DNA of 60,768 nucleotides from Nitrospira sp. (GTDB taxonomy: Bacteria > Nitrospirota > Nitrospiria > Nitrospirales > Nitrospiraceae), in NCBI GenBank assembly GCA_024330945.1, contig JANDJJ010000001.1:1-60768 (forward strand). The letters are read 5' to 3'. Under the pieces are notes generated by a model that saw only the letters and a list, made by a program, of their open reading frames with translations, had not been told where the DNA came from and ran no database searches. The translations under genes and the position numbers were made by a program. This document shows, piece by piece, positions 28,327 through 37,709 of this stretch (its first letter is position 1; each line of letters begins with the position of its first letter).

Positions 28327-29040
28327 TCATCCAATTTTCCCTGGATAGAGAATGTACAGCATCGTGTAGGTGAAGCTCCCGGTCACAAACAGCACGCAGT
28401 AGATTACCATGGTGAACCGGCCGAGCGCCCGATGTCGCTGAGCTCCGTCCGGCCAGATTCGTTGAATCGCCATCTCCATCAGCAAAACCGCCGTAAAGAT
28501 GAGCATGAACGCGATCCAGACACTGGACCTCCGCATTGAAAGGCGGTCCGTCAGGTGCAGATAGAGAAGGTACGTTCCTATCAAGCAGCCGACGGCGGTC
28601 CACAGCTTGGCGATCGCACCCCATGAAGCTTGCCTGGGGCCGGCTTTCAGCCGCCGTTTCCCGCCGACAAACGTTTGGACTCGAAAGCCGAGGACAATGA
28701 GATACACCGCCATGATGAGACCGACGATGACGAGGATAATGTGAAGAATCAGCACGGGGACGAACACACGGTCGTACAGTTCCTGCGATCCACCGAATCC
28801 TTCTTTCCCCTCGAACGCCAAGACGCCGAGCTGGCGGAACAGATAATAGACCACAAAGAAACCGGCCATGGAGACCATGCCGCCTAACATCAACCAATGG
28901 TGAGCATCGGTGCGTTGCTTGCGAGCCTGCACCCATCCGACGATGAACAAAACGGTAAAGAGCGTCGCCATCAATTGGCTCAAGTCCGCCCCCACCGTGG
29001 CATGTGTGCCAAAAAATCCGGACTCCCGCAGCCAATCCAT
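28327..29040 (-). CDS. DUF420 (CtaM-like) membrane protein
   Basis: HHWLM, FFVVYY, FGG..Y..VLILHIIL, RHRALGRFTMVIY..FVTG..Y.MLY pattern, with an extra 2-TM insert. Confidence 0.78.
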   Translation of the reverse strand: MDWLRESGFFGTHATVGADLSQLMATLFTVLFIVGWVQARKQRTDAHHWLMLGGMVSMAGFFVVYYLFRQLGVLAFEGKEGFGGSQELYDRVFVPVLILHIILVIVGLIMAVYLIVLGFRVQTFVGGKRRLKAGPRQASWGAIAKLWTAVGCLIGTYLLYLHLTDRLSMRRSSVWIAFMLIFTAVLLMEMAIQRIWPDGAQRHRALGRFTMVIYCVLFVTGSFTYTMLYILYPGKIG

Positions 29041-29126
29041 TCCTCAATCTCTCGCGTCAGATCATTCGCCGACTGTTTCTGTTCAAAGCGCCCGGCCTGT
29101 TCGCACGTCGCTTCACGCGCCGTGCG

Positions 29127-30116
29127 TCAGATCGCCCGACTCTTGACGCCCTGAACGACGGCCGTTTTTTCCAATTCCGTAATGTCGGCAAACCCGGCCT
29201 TCATCATCCATCTGACTGCGTCACTGCATCGATAACAACTCCCGGCCTGAGTGTTCACCAGGATGTGCACGGCGAACGCGGTCGTCCATGCCGGACCGGT
29301 CCCAGCCTCGTCAAGAAAGCGATCTTTGATGACCAAGCGTCCTTGAGGCGCGAGGTGCGCAAATGCTTTTTCGACCAACGCTTCATTCGCTTCATCGGTC
29401 TGGTAATGCAACACGTCCGACATCAACACGACGTCGTAGGGGCCGCCGAGAGGGTCCCGGTTAAAGTCACCGGAAAGCAGGGCGATCCGCGAGGCCAACC
29501 CTCTTTCTTTTACCGTCTTTTCAGTCAGTCGGAGCGTGGTCGGAAGGTCGAACACCGTCGCGGTCAAATCAGGATACACTTCGCAAAACGCGATCGCGTT
29601 CGTTCCGGCTCCTCCCCCCAAATCCAACAGACGAACAGGCCCGCTCAATCCAAGGCGTCTGGCCAATTCCGGACCGCTCTGCCGGCCGATTCGATCCAAT
29701 ACGGCCAAGACGTTGCCGCCTAATTCCGGATCAGTCTCGAACACGTGTCGATCGACCGTCCGCCTCCCCGTGCGAACGGTTTCTTCCAACTTGCCCCAAT
29801 TGTTCCATTCCGCGTCATGAAGCAGCAGCAAGTGCCCCACATAGTGGGGCGACCGTGTAACAAGATGCTTGTCCGCAACCGACGAATTGCCATATCGATC
29901 GCCTTCTTTGGTCAGTAATTTCATGGCCACAAGGGCGTTCAGCAACAAGCGGAGCGTCGGTTCATGGGCGCCGATCCGGCCTGCGACTTCACTGGCGGTT
30001 TTAGGCGGGCCGTCCAGTGCGGAAAACACGTCCAGTGTCACCGCGGTCAATAAAATTTTCGTTTCCCAGTAGTAGCCGAGTTGAAAAATCTCGGCGAGCG
30101 AAAGCTCTCGCGACAC
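29127..30116 (-). CDS. SAM-dependent O-methyltransferase (dimerisation + Methyltransf_2 domains)
   Basis: N-terminal winged helix (LDVFSAL..RLLLNALV); LLDLGGGAG, VFDLP, GDF, SDVLH. Confidence 0.88.
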   Translation of the reverse strand: MSRELSLAEIFQLGYYWETKILLTAVTLDVFSALDGPPKTASEVAGRIGAHEPTLRLLLNALVAMKLLTKEGDRYGNSSVADKHLVTRSPHYVGHLLLLHDAEWNNWGKLEETVRTGRRTVDRHVFETDPELGGNVLAVLDRIGRQSGPELARRLGLSGPVRLLDLGGGAGTNAIAFCEVYPDLTATVFDLPTTLRLTEKTVKERGLASRIALLSGDFNRDPLGGPYDVVLMSDVLHYQTDEANEALVEKAFAHLAPQGRLVIKDRFLDEAGTGPAWTTAFAVHILVNTQAGSCYRCSDAVRWMMKAGFADITELEKTAVVQGVKSRAI

Positions 30117-30210
30117 ACGTCTCCCCTGTCACCAGAATACCGGAGAAAGAAGGAATCTTACCGAGATCGGAAATCGAAAGGCAAGGAGCGAGGGGGAACC
30201 CGATTTCCCG

Positions 30211-30248
30211 CAAAACACGAAAGGCAGCGGACCAACCGCTGCCTTTCG
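30211..30248 (-). terminator. Probable intrinsic terminator after the cupredoxin-motif gene
   Basis: 13-bp stem CGAAAGGCAGCGG / CCGCTGCCTTTCG, then TGTTTTG on the minus strand. Confidence 0.65.
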
Positions 30249-30276
30249 ACAAGAACCGTAAGTTGAGAGAAATCGT

Positions 30277-31071
30277 TTACTTGATCTCGGCCTTAAGATT
30301 GGCCGTTCCACCATCCGTCACGTCGACCTCAAACTCGATCTTCTTGGCCTTCCCGGCGAATGGATGCCAGGCCACCACCTTGTGTTTGCCGGCCGGAACA
30401 TCCTTGATCTCGAACGAACCGTCTTCCTTCGCCACTGCGTAGTATGGATTGTTCACCGGAAGGAAAAAAGACTGCATGAACTCATGCTGATCGCACTGCA
30501 AGCGGAAGTAGCCCTCTTTCTCCGCACCGCCGCGGAACACCACAGGCTTTTCCAGTTTGTCGCCCTTCTTGGCAAGACCGATGTTGAAACCGGTCGCGGA
30601 GGTCGATCCCTTCACCACAAAACTGTGCGGGTTATGCAGCACGCCCGCCACCGATTTGGGATCGTCCGGATCAGCATCGAGGTTTTCGACCTTAAACGGC
30701 CGATTGTTGACCACAATGCCGCTGAACGGCTCGAAATTACAGAACTCCGCCTTGACCTCGGTCCCGGCATAGCCGTCCACGAACGCTTTGTCTTCGATAT
30801 CCACCACCGCGACGATCGCGTTCTTCAAACCACCGTCCTTACCGACTTCAATCGTCTTGATGAACCGCTTATCTCCTTCCGCCAAGCCCTTGGTCGTAAT
30901 CTTGTTGCAGAAATTCGGGTTGGGGAACTTGGAGAAGAGAAATTCCTTCTGCTCGGACTTTCCGGCATAGGTGACTTTGCCGGAAATCGTCCCACCCGCA
31001 AACGACGCGACAGGCGCCGCCACCACGGCGACGGCTACCACGCCCAACATGATCGATAACGAACGCTTCAT
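30277..31071 (-). CDS. Exported carboxypeptidase-regulatory-like/cupredoxin-fold protein
   Basis: Signal peptide ending ASFA; GTISGKV; CNFEP; LHNPH; CDQHEFM; DGSFEIKDVPAGKHKVVAWHP. SD AAGGAGG. Confidence 0.8.
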   Translation of the reverse strand: MKRSLSIMLGVVAVAVVAAPVASFAGGTISGKVTYAGKSEQKEFLFSKFPNPNFCNKITTKGLAEGDKRFIKTIEVGKDGGLKNAIVAVVDIEDKAFVDGYAGTEVKAEFCNFEPFSGIVVNNRPFKVENLDADPDDPKSVAGVLHNPHSFVVKGSTSATGFNIGLAKKGDKLEKPVVFRGGAEKEGYFRLQCDQHEFMQSFFLPVNNPYYAVAKEDGSFEIKDVPAGKHKVVAWHPFAGKAKKIEFEVDVTDGGTANLKAEIK

Positions 31072-31416
31072 AACATTGCCTCCTTGTGATGGACTTAGGG
31101 GTCCCATTGCGTCCCTAGGGAGTCCCCTCCCGGATCCCCCCGATCGACACACGGGAACAGCCTGCGCTGGATTGTGTCAAGACGATCGGCACCGTGCCGG
31201 AAAGACTGGCCTAGGACTCGTTGACTTGGACGGATATTACCGCAACCCTGCTTTTGCAAACAAGACCCAAAATTTCCATGAACCCGCGAAGGGCGAGCAT
31301 CCCATCTCCACCTCCCTCCCCGACATATGAACCTCACCTCCGCAGACCATACAATTTCCTGAATCGCCCTCCCCCGATGGATTCGCCGGCGAATACCAGC
31401 CCTGTAATCTGTAAAA

Positions 31417-32439
31417 ATGAATGACGAACGGGCTTTCAATCTGGTAGAGTACCGCCCGGCTTTATTGCGCGAGAGGGTGGGGCCTATAGCTGTCCGCATG
31501 ATTTGTGCACCAACGAGTTCAGAAACTTCTCGGCTCAATTGCTCTCCTGCAGGGTCTTCCGATCCCATCTCAACCGGTCCCCGACGGCGGTACCCTCAGT
31601 CCGCCACCGTGCTTCTTTTCTGTTTGATCGCCGGCAGCACCATTATCGGCGTTCCCCTTTTCGGATATCTCTACGGGTACAATCGGCTGGACTGGACGAT
31701 GTTCGGCCTATTGTACGTGGTCACCGGGCTGGGCATTACCGTCGGCTACCATCGTTTGATTTCGCACCGCAGCTTTGCCTGTCCCGACTGGGTGAAGGCC
31801 GGATTATTGATCGCCGGCGGATGGGCGCTCCAAAACTCGGCACTGAAGTGGGGAGCCGACCATATCCGGCACCATGCGGCCTGTGATCAAGAAGCCGATC
31901 CTTACAATGCGACGCGCGGATTTTGGTACAGCCACTGTGGATGGCTCTTGGTGGGACAACGGTACACCGATGAAAAATACGCGGCGCGACTCCGGCAGGA
32001 TCCGATCGTCATGTGGCAACACCGGTATTACGTTCCGATCGTGTTGTCGGGGCTGGCGCTGCCGTTTCTGGTGGGATTCCTGGACGGAGGGTGGCACGGC
32101 GGACTGAGCTGTTTCATGTTGGCGGGCATCGGCCGAACCTTCGCCGTCCTCAATTCCACATTTTGCATCAACTCGATCTGCCACATCTGGGGACGCCAAC
32201 CGCACAGCCAAACCGATTCGAGCCGCGACAGTTGGGCGGTTTCCCTGATCACATTCGGCGAGGGGTATCACAATTATCACCACACCTATCCGAGCGACTA
32301 TCGCAACGGCCCGCAATGGTACAACTTTGACCCATCGAAATGGTTGATTGCCACCCTCTCGTTCCTGGGATTGGCCTGGTCGCTCCGAACAGCCGGCGGT
32401 CCCGAGGCAAGAAATCCAGGCTTCCGCTCTGCACCCTGA
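31417..32439 (+). CDS. Delta-9-type fatty acid (acyl-CoA/lipid) desaturase
   Basis: His boxes GYHRLISH, HIRHH, GEGYHNYHH; FCINSICH; DPSKW. Start uncertain. Confidence 0.9.
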   Translation: MNDERAFNLVEYRPALLRERVGPIAVRMICAPTSSETSRLNCSPAGSSDPISTGPRRRYPQSATVLLFCLIAGSTIIGVPLFGYLYGYNRLDWTMFGLLYVVTGLGITVGYHRLISHRSFACPDWVKAGLLIAGGWALQNSALKWGADHIRHHAACDQEADPYNATRGFWYSHCGWLLVGQRYTDEKYAARLRQDPIVMWQHRYYVPIVLSGLALPFLVGFLDGGWHGGLSCFMLAGIGRTFAVLNSTFCINSICHIWGRQPHSQTDSSRDSWAVSLITFGEGYHNYHHTYPSDYRNGPQWYNFDPSKWLIATLSFLGLAWSLRTAGGPEARNPGFRSAP

Positions 32440-32721
32440 CCACAGTAGAAAAATCTTGCAACGGCCATACTACGGCCTGCACTCGGTTCCCGCGACGGCA
32501 GGAATCCCCCCTAATCGCCGTTTTACCTCTGATAAGCCAAGAGAATAAGGAAGAGGACTCTGTGAACCAACATATTGAGCAGTGGTGAGCTTCTCTTGCA
32601 AGACAACGATCGTCATGGGCCCATGGGCTAATGCGTCGGACGCGCGTTTGTTTTAAGGAGACCCTTTTTGTTAGACTGGCGTTCCGTGTCCTTCTTTAAC
32701 TCGTCAACCAAGAGTATGACC

Positions 32722-33606
32722 ATGCGTATTGTCGATCGCCCGCTCGCCCTTTCTTCTGGCCTTGCCCTTGTGACGGGATGCCTCACATTCTTCCTCACCG
32801 GCTGCGCCGGCATGAAGACCCCCGTCACCACTGTCTACGAGGAGAGCCGGGGCGCCGTGTTGCTTGAGACCGTACGAGACAAATCATTCCAAGCGGCTCA
32901 CCCCATTAAGCTGGATGAAGCGACGATCGCCAACGTTTTACGCGGCGTTCATACCAAAGAGAAGCCGGGGCTGGTGCTGTTGCTCGGCAAAGCCTTGATG
33001 GCAGCCAACTACAATGACGTTCGAACCTTTTCAGAAGACGACATCGCGCTCTTGGCGCCGCACATTTCCGCCGCGCTCGCACAGGCCGCTCCGAATCAAC
33101 AGGTCGCGTTCCGACTGTATTACGCGCCGGAAGGGCAGGTTCGCGCGGCCAAAGGGCAGGATATCAGGGAAGTCACTGCGGGCTATCTCTCCGCGGAGGG
33201 ACTCTCGCTCAACTTGACACTGACACATTATCGATACCGCCCTGGAAAAATCGACAAGACACAACCCCACCAGCTTCCCGATCCTGACGGACTGCGCAAC
33301 CGCGAAGTGCGATTTATTCCCGAAAAGGCGTTGCGGAGAGAAATCGGCTCGTCAGGCTGGTTCGGCGGATCGGATGATCGAACGATGGTCGTCGATTACC
33401 AGCTTCTGAACAGACTCCTCGCTTTACCATTCGCCGCTCAATCTGCCTCCCCGACACCGGCAATCGGCGGACAACCGACACAACCGACACCGGGAGCAAC
33501 CGACATGGAGCTGCGCGCCTTCAGAGAAGAGTTAAAAGCCATGCAAAAAAAACTGGCCGAGCAAGAGGCGGAACTGGAGCGGTTGAGACAGTCGTCGGGG
33601 AAATAA
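32722..33606 (+). CDS. Lipoprotein of unknown function with C-terminal coiled coil
   Basis: Lipobox FLTGC; HPIKL motif; Pro/Thr linker followed by a coiled coil. Start approximate. Confidence 0.65.
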   Translation: MRIVDRPLALSSGLALVTGCLTFFLTGCAGMKTPVTTVYEESRGAVLLETVRDKSFQAAHPIKLDEATIANVLRGVHTKEKPGLVLLLGKALMAANYNDVRTFSEDDIALLAPHISAALAQAAPNQQVAFRLYYAPEGQVRAAKGQDIREVTAGYLSAEGLSLNLTLTHYRYRPGKIDKTQPHQLPDPDGLRNREVRFIPEKALRREIGSSGWFGGSDDRTMVVDYQLLNRLLALPFAAQSASPTPAIGGQPTQPTPGATDMELRAFREELKAMQKKLAEQEAELERLRQSSGK

Positions 33607-33779
33607 GCGCCGCTGCGACTGCCCAACCGCCCCAACTCCCCCTCTACAAGACTGTTCGTTCTTCTCCCCTAAAGAAGTGTAGGTCCCTGTCGTCAATGAC
33701 CTACGAACACCTCGCCGCTTATGACCGAACGTCACGGGTGGAATCGTCTGAATCCGCTCCTATTCGCTGCACACTGAGA

Positions 33780-33795
33780 AGGCATAGGTATTGCT
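33780..33795 (+). promoter_or_regulatory. Sigma54 -24/-12 promoter
   Basis: AGGCATAGGTATTGCT has exact GG-N10-GC spacing with GGCA and TTGC, about 50 nt upstream of the bactofilin start. Confidence 0.5.
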
Positions 33796-33845
33796 CAATA
33801 ATCGATGAGCAGACCGGACAATTCTTTCTAATGGGTGAGGCGGCC

Positions 33846-34304
33846 ATGTGGGAAAGCAAGAAATGGCTGGATAAACCGAACGGCGAATCGTTTACCATTC
33901 TCGGCAAGGATGTGGCCTTCAAAGGAATCGCCCATTTCGAGGGTGTCGTTCAACTCGACTGCCGCTTCGAAGGCGACATTCACACGACGGGAACGATCGT
34001 GCTCGGCGAGCGCGCGGTCGTTCGCGGCACACTCAACGTCGGCACGTTGATCTGCAGCGGCACAATCAAGGGAACCATCACGGCAAGCCAAAAGCTTCAC
34101 CTCCTCAAGCAAGCCGTCCTCATCGGCGACATCCACACGCCGGTGTTTTTGATGGAAGAGGGGGCTTACTTCAAGGGGCTCTGCGACATGGGAGTCCATC
34201 CTTTTGAATCGGAGCTCACCGCCGACGTCCAGACACCGCCCGCCACGGTCGAACAGCCGGAAGTTTCTCGATCTCTGCTCATCGAAGATGTCCCTCACGG
34301 TTAG
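33846..34304 (+). CDS. Bactofilin (polymer-forming cytoskeletal protein)
   Basis: TILGKDVAFKG..FEGDI..VLGERAVVRG..GDI..MEEGAYFKG beta-helix pattern; SD GAGG. Confidence 0.88.
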   Translation: MWESKKWLDKPNGESFTILGKDVAFKGIAHFEGVVQLDCRFEGDIHTTGTIVLGERAVVRGTLNVGTLICSGTIKGTITASQKLHLLKQAVLIGDIHTPVFLMEEGAYFKGLCDMGVHPFESELTADVQTPPATVEQPEVSRSLLIEDVPHG

Positions 34305-34481
34305 CTCTCTTCACAAAAGCTGGCAACCTTCTCAAGAACGACCGGGCCGTCGGCCATGTCTTGCGCCCATGGCATCGATCTCTTAGAATGCGACTCGCTT
34401 GCGGAACTGCGAGTTATCCCATCGTCAATCAGAGGTGCCCTTGGCCGGGCGCCATACATAACTACAACACGGAGGTATGGC

Positions 34482-35066
34482 ATGAAAGCAGTGAACGGTG
34501 TCGCGGCTGTGACCATGGCGTCGGCTCTCTTACTCGGCGTGGCGTCGCACCATCCCGTCGAGGCCGGCACGGTCGAGTCGCTGGTTATGGTGGACGCGAA
34601 CGGAAAGACGCTCGGCCCCATTGTCGAGTTTGCCGGTCCCTTCTTTAAGCTGCCCCTTGTTCCGTTCAAAGTCGGCGACTCCGTCTTCGTTCTTTCCGTC
34701 TTCAAGAACAAGATCGCCGGAAGCGGGAATCCGGTCAACCTGTATTTTGACAACCGACGGTGCGACCATAAAACCGGTCAAGCCGTCGCCGCTTTGGACG
34801 AAATCGTCACAAAAGAAGCGGTACGAGACGAGACGTTTTGGTCTTTCGTCGGTGCAGACGGGAAAACGGTGTATGTACCGACGCCCAAGGCGCAGCTGAT
34901 CAAAGCCTTCAAGGTTCAGTCCAGGCTTTACGTGGAACCGAATGGAGAGGTCGAGTGTCAGGAATACCCGAAATTCATTCCCATGGCTGTTCCAGCGACT
35001 GCCATCGAAAACTTGTTGGACACGTTTACGCCGCCGTTCTCGGTCGACGCCGCCGTCAAGAAATAA
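34482..35066 (+). CDS. Exported protein of unknown function
   Basis: SD GGAGG; signal peptide; VDANGKTLG, LYF..RC, FTPPFSV. Confidence 0.7.
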   Translation: MKAVNGVAAVTMASALLLGVASHHPVEAGTVESLVMVDANGKTLGPIVEFAGPFFKLPLVPFKVGDSVFVLSVFKNKIAGSGNPVNLYFDNRRCDHKTGQAVAALDEIVTKEAVRDETFWSFVGADGKTVYVPTPKAQLIKAFKVQSRLYVEPNGEVECQEYPKFIPMAVPATAIENLLDTFTPPFSVDAAVKK

Positions 35067-35138
35067 CCGGCGATTCAAACGGCTGAAGCCGGGCGCGACA
35101 GCAATATACGTCGCCCCCGGCCCACCTTGGCCCGCGCC

Positions 35139-35858
35139 ATGCATCTCATTCCGCTCGGAGACTCGGCCGTCACCGTGGAACTGGGGGAGGCGGTCGATCC
35201 CGATGTCAACGCCCGCGTCGTCGCCTACGCAAACAGGCTCATCGAGCAAGGTTGGAACGGCATCGTGGACGTCGTCCCGACCTATCGGTCGATCACCGTT
35301 CATTACGATCCGATTCAATGGGACTTGACCACCCTGACCGACCGGTTGCTGGCCCTGTCTTGCTCGTATCCGCGTGAAGCGGAGCCGCAGGGGACGCTGC
35401 ACGAGATCCCGATCTTGTACGGTGGAGACCATGGACCGGATTTGGAAGCCATAGCGGCCTTCGCGGGATTGGAGCCATCCGAGGTCGTCACCTTGCACTC
35501 TTCCGTTTGCTATCGCGTCTATATGCTTGGGTTCACCCCTGGATTCCCCTATCTGGGATTGCTCCCTGAAAAATTGGCGATGCCTCGACTCCCAACGCCA
35601 CGCCCAAGGGTCCCGCCCGGATCGGTCGGCCTCGCCGACCGTCAGACCGGCATCTATCCGATCGCGACTCCAGGAGGCTGGAGACTGATCGGCCAAACTC
35701 CCATTCCCCTGTATCGCCGGAGCGGTCTCGATCCCTTTTGGCTCAAGCCCGGAGATCTGGTCCGATTCCGTTCTATTGAACGAGACGAATTCGAACGGCT
35801 TAGCTGTGAAATGGCTCATGACCACGATCGACCTCAACTGCGACCTCGGCGAGTATGA
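35139..35858 (+). CDS. pxpB: 5-oxoprolinase subunit PxpB
   Basis: PLGDSA, DVVPTYRS, GPDL, MLGFTPGFPYL, GSVG, QTGIYP..TPGGWRLIG. Confidence 0.9.
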   Translation: MHLIPLGDSAVTVELGEAVDPDVNARVVAYANRLIEQGWNGIVDVVPTYRSITVHYDPIQWDLTTLTDRLLALSCSYPREAEPQGTLHEIPILYGGDHGPDLEAIAAFAGLEPSEVVTLHSSVCYRVYMLGFTPGFPYLGLLPEKLAMPRLPTPRPRVPPGSVGLADRQTGIYPIATPGGWRLIGQTPIPLYRRSGLDPFWLKPGDLVRFRSIERDEFERLSCEMAHDHDRPQLRPRRV

Positions 35859-36609
35859 CGGCGAGGAATTTCTACTCCGCGAAGCCGAGCTGATGCCGCT
35901 CATCACATCGGCCAACATCGCCTGCGGCGTGCACGCCGGCAATCAGACCCTCATGCGCCGAACCGCACGACTGGCCGCCGAACATGACGTGGCGATCGGA
36001 GCCCATCCGGGCTTTCCCAACAGGGGAGATTTCGGCCGAAGCGACCGTCGCGCATCCCCCGATGAAGTCGCATCCCTGGTCCTCGAACAACTCACCACCC
36101 TGTCACAGGTCTTGATGGAAGAACGTCTGCCTCTCCGCCACGTCAAACCTCATGGCATGCTCTATCACTTCGTGAGCTGGGGCCATGACGCCGCCGAATC
36201 GTTCGTCCAAGCCGTGACGGCTTTCGATCGCCGGCTGCTGATCATCGCCCCCGCCGGCTCCGTTTTGATCATGCTCGCGGAACAAGCCGGCTTGGGAGTC
36301 GTCCGAGAAGCTTTTGTCGATCGCGCCTACCGAACCGACGGCACCCTCGTACCTCGCTCTCATCCCGACGCCCTGTTCACGACCGATCAACACGTTCTCC
36401 GCCAATTGCGCGAGATCCTCCAAGGCTTCGTCACCAGTATCGACGGCCGACGTGTCCCCCTCCACGCCGACAGTCTGTGCGTCCACGCCGACACGCCGCG
36501 GAGCGTTGAACTCGCCCGTCTCATTCGAGCGGAACTTGAGTCGGCAGGATACCGACTGGCCTCTCCGACACGTCCTTACCAGCCATCTCCCGGATCGAAA
36601 AGAGGATGA
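35818..36609 (+). CDS. pxpA: 5-oxoprolinase subunit PxpA (LamB/YcsF)
   Basis: IDLNCDLGE, SANIACG.HAG, GAHPG, HVKPHG, EAFVDRAY, SLCVHAD. Confidence 0.9.
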   Translation: MTTIDLNCDLGEYDGEEFLLREAELMPLITSANIACGVHAGNQTLMRRTARLAAEHDVAIGAHPGFPNRGDFGRSDRRASPDEVASLVLEQLTTLSQVLMEERLPLRHVKPHGMLYHFVSWGHDAAESFVQAVTAFDRRLLIIAPAGSVLIMLAEQAGLGVVREAFVDRAYRTDGTLVPRSHPDALFTTDQHVLRQLREILQGFVTSIDGRRVPLHADSLCVHADTPRSVELARLIRAELESAGYRLASPTRPYQPSPGSKRG

Positions 36610-37598
36610 AACGCAAACGGACCGAGATCGACGTCGTCAAACCGGGCTGGTTCACGACCATCCAAGACCTGGGGCGGTACGGATACCAACGCTACGGCAT
36701 GCCGGTCTCCGGCGCGATGGACCGCTTCGCGGCCGTCGTGGGCAATCGCCTCGTCGGAAACCCAGACGGGGCTGCCGTGCTTGAATGTACCCTCAAGGGT
36801 CCCGAACTCTTTTTTCGTGACGACACACGCCTGGCCGTCACCGGAGCGGACCTCTCTCCGACCCTTGACGGACACGACGTCCCCCTCTGGGAATGTCTCA
36901 ACGTTCGGCGCGGCGGCCGACTCCGGTTCGGCATGCGGCGCGTCGGGTTTCGTTGTTACCTCGCCATCAGTGGAGGATTCGACATCCCGGTGGTCCTGGG
37001 AAGCCGTTCGACCCATTGCCCGAGCCGAACCGGCGGACTTGACGGGCGGCCGTTGCGAGCGGGAGATCTTCTGCTTGGCGGTTCATTCGACAGTGACGTT
37101 GACGGCGACGTCGAGCGGTTGGTCGGGCGACGGCTGCCCGATCGATTGCTTCCTCGTTATGACCGATCCGTCATGCTGCGCGTCGTTCTCGATTCTCGTC
37201 GTGAATTATTCCAGGATGCGGCGGTCTCCACCCTCCTTCGTTCCGTTTATACGGTCGCTCCCCAATCCAATCGCATGGGGTATCGGTTGATAGGCCCCCC
37301 GCTCCCTCGCGCAGATACACACCACTTCATCTCAGAAGGCACGGTAACGGGCACGTTGCAAGTCCCGGCCGACGGGCAACCGATCCTTCTGATGGTCGAT
37401 CGCCAGACCACCGGGGGCTATCCTCCCATTGCCGTGGTCATCTCGGTCGATCTACTCTTCGCCGCCCAGTTGGGTCCTGGCGACACCGTCCGATTCGTTT
37501 CCTGCTCGATTGTCGAAGCCCAGGCTCTCTTACGAACCCGGGGCTACCTTCTCGATGCAGCTCTTCCCCCCATTACAGTCAACCGGCGGTCTCTTTGA
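36606..37598 (+). CDS. pxpC: 5-oxoprolinase subunit PxpC
   Basis: TTIQDLGRYG, SGAMD, LGSRST, SNRMGYRL, GQPILL..DRQTTGGYP. Confidence 0.9.
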   Translation: MKRKRTEIDVVKPGWFTTIQDLGRYGYQRYGMPVSGAMDRFAAVVGNRLVGNPDGAAVLECTLKGPELFFRDDTRLAVTGADLSPTLDGHDVPLWECLNVRRGGRLRFGMRRVGFRCYLAISGGFDIPVVLGSRSTHCPSRTGGLDGRPLRAGDLLLGGSFDSDVDGDVERLVGRRLPDRLLPRYDRSVMLRVVLDSRRELFQDAAVSTLLRSVYTVAPQSNRMGYRLIGPPLPRADTHHFISEGTVTGTLQVPADGQPILLMVDRQTTGGYPPIAVVISVDLLFAAQLGPGDTVRFVSCSIVEAQALLRTRGYLLDAALPPITVNRRSL

Positions 37599-37642
37599 CA
37601 AAAGAGGATTGACGGCAGATCGTCCTGATGGTTCTGCGCAAT

Positions 37643-37669
37643 CACTCAAAATTATGCACTCAAATTATG
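37643..37669. repeat. Tandem direct repeat abutting an extended -10
   Basis: CACTCAAAATTATG then CACTCAAATTATG, followed by cTATCGT. Confidence 0.6.
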
Positions 37670-37709
37670 CTATCGTACCGAATACGACCGACACTTGACT
37701 GGAGATTCT

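Noticed and set aside
27723-30116. Photosynthesis or bacteriochlorophyll genes (PCP_red domain, BchU-like family)
   Set aside because: Only small or broad-family domains; no bchLNB, chelatase or reaction-centre genes.
32562-32588. 8-codon ORF GTG-NQHIEQW after a purine-rich SD-like tract
   Set aside because: Too short to support; no attenuator structure or homology evident.
34530-35942. 470-aa minus strand ORF
   Set aside because: Overlaps three well-supported + strand genes in antisense.
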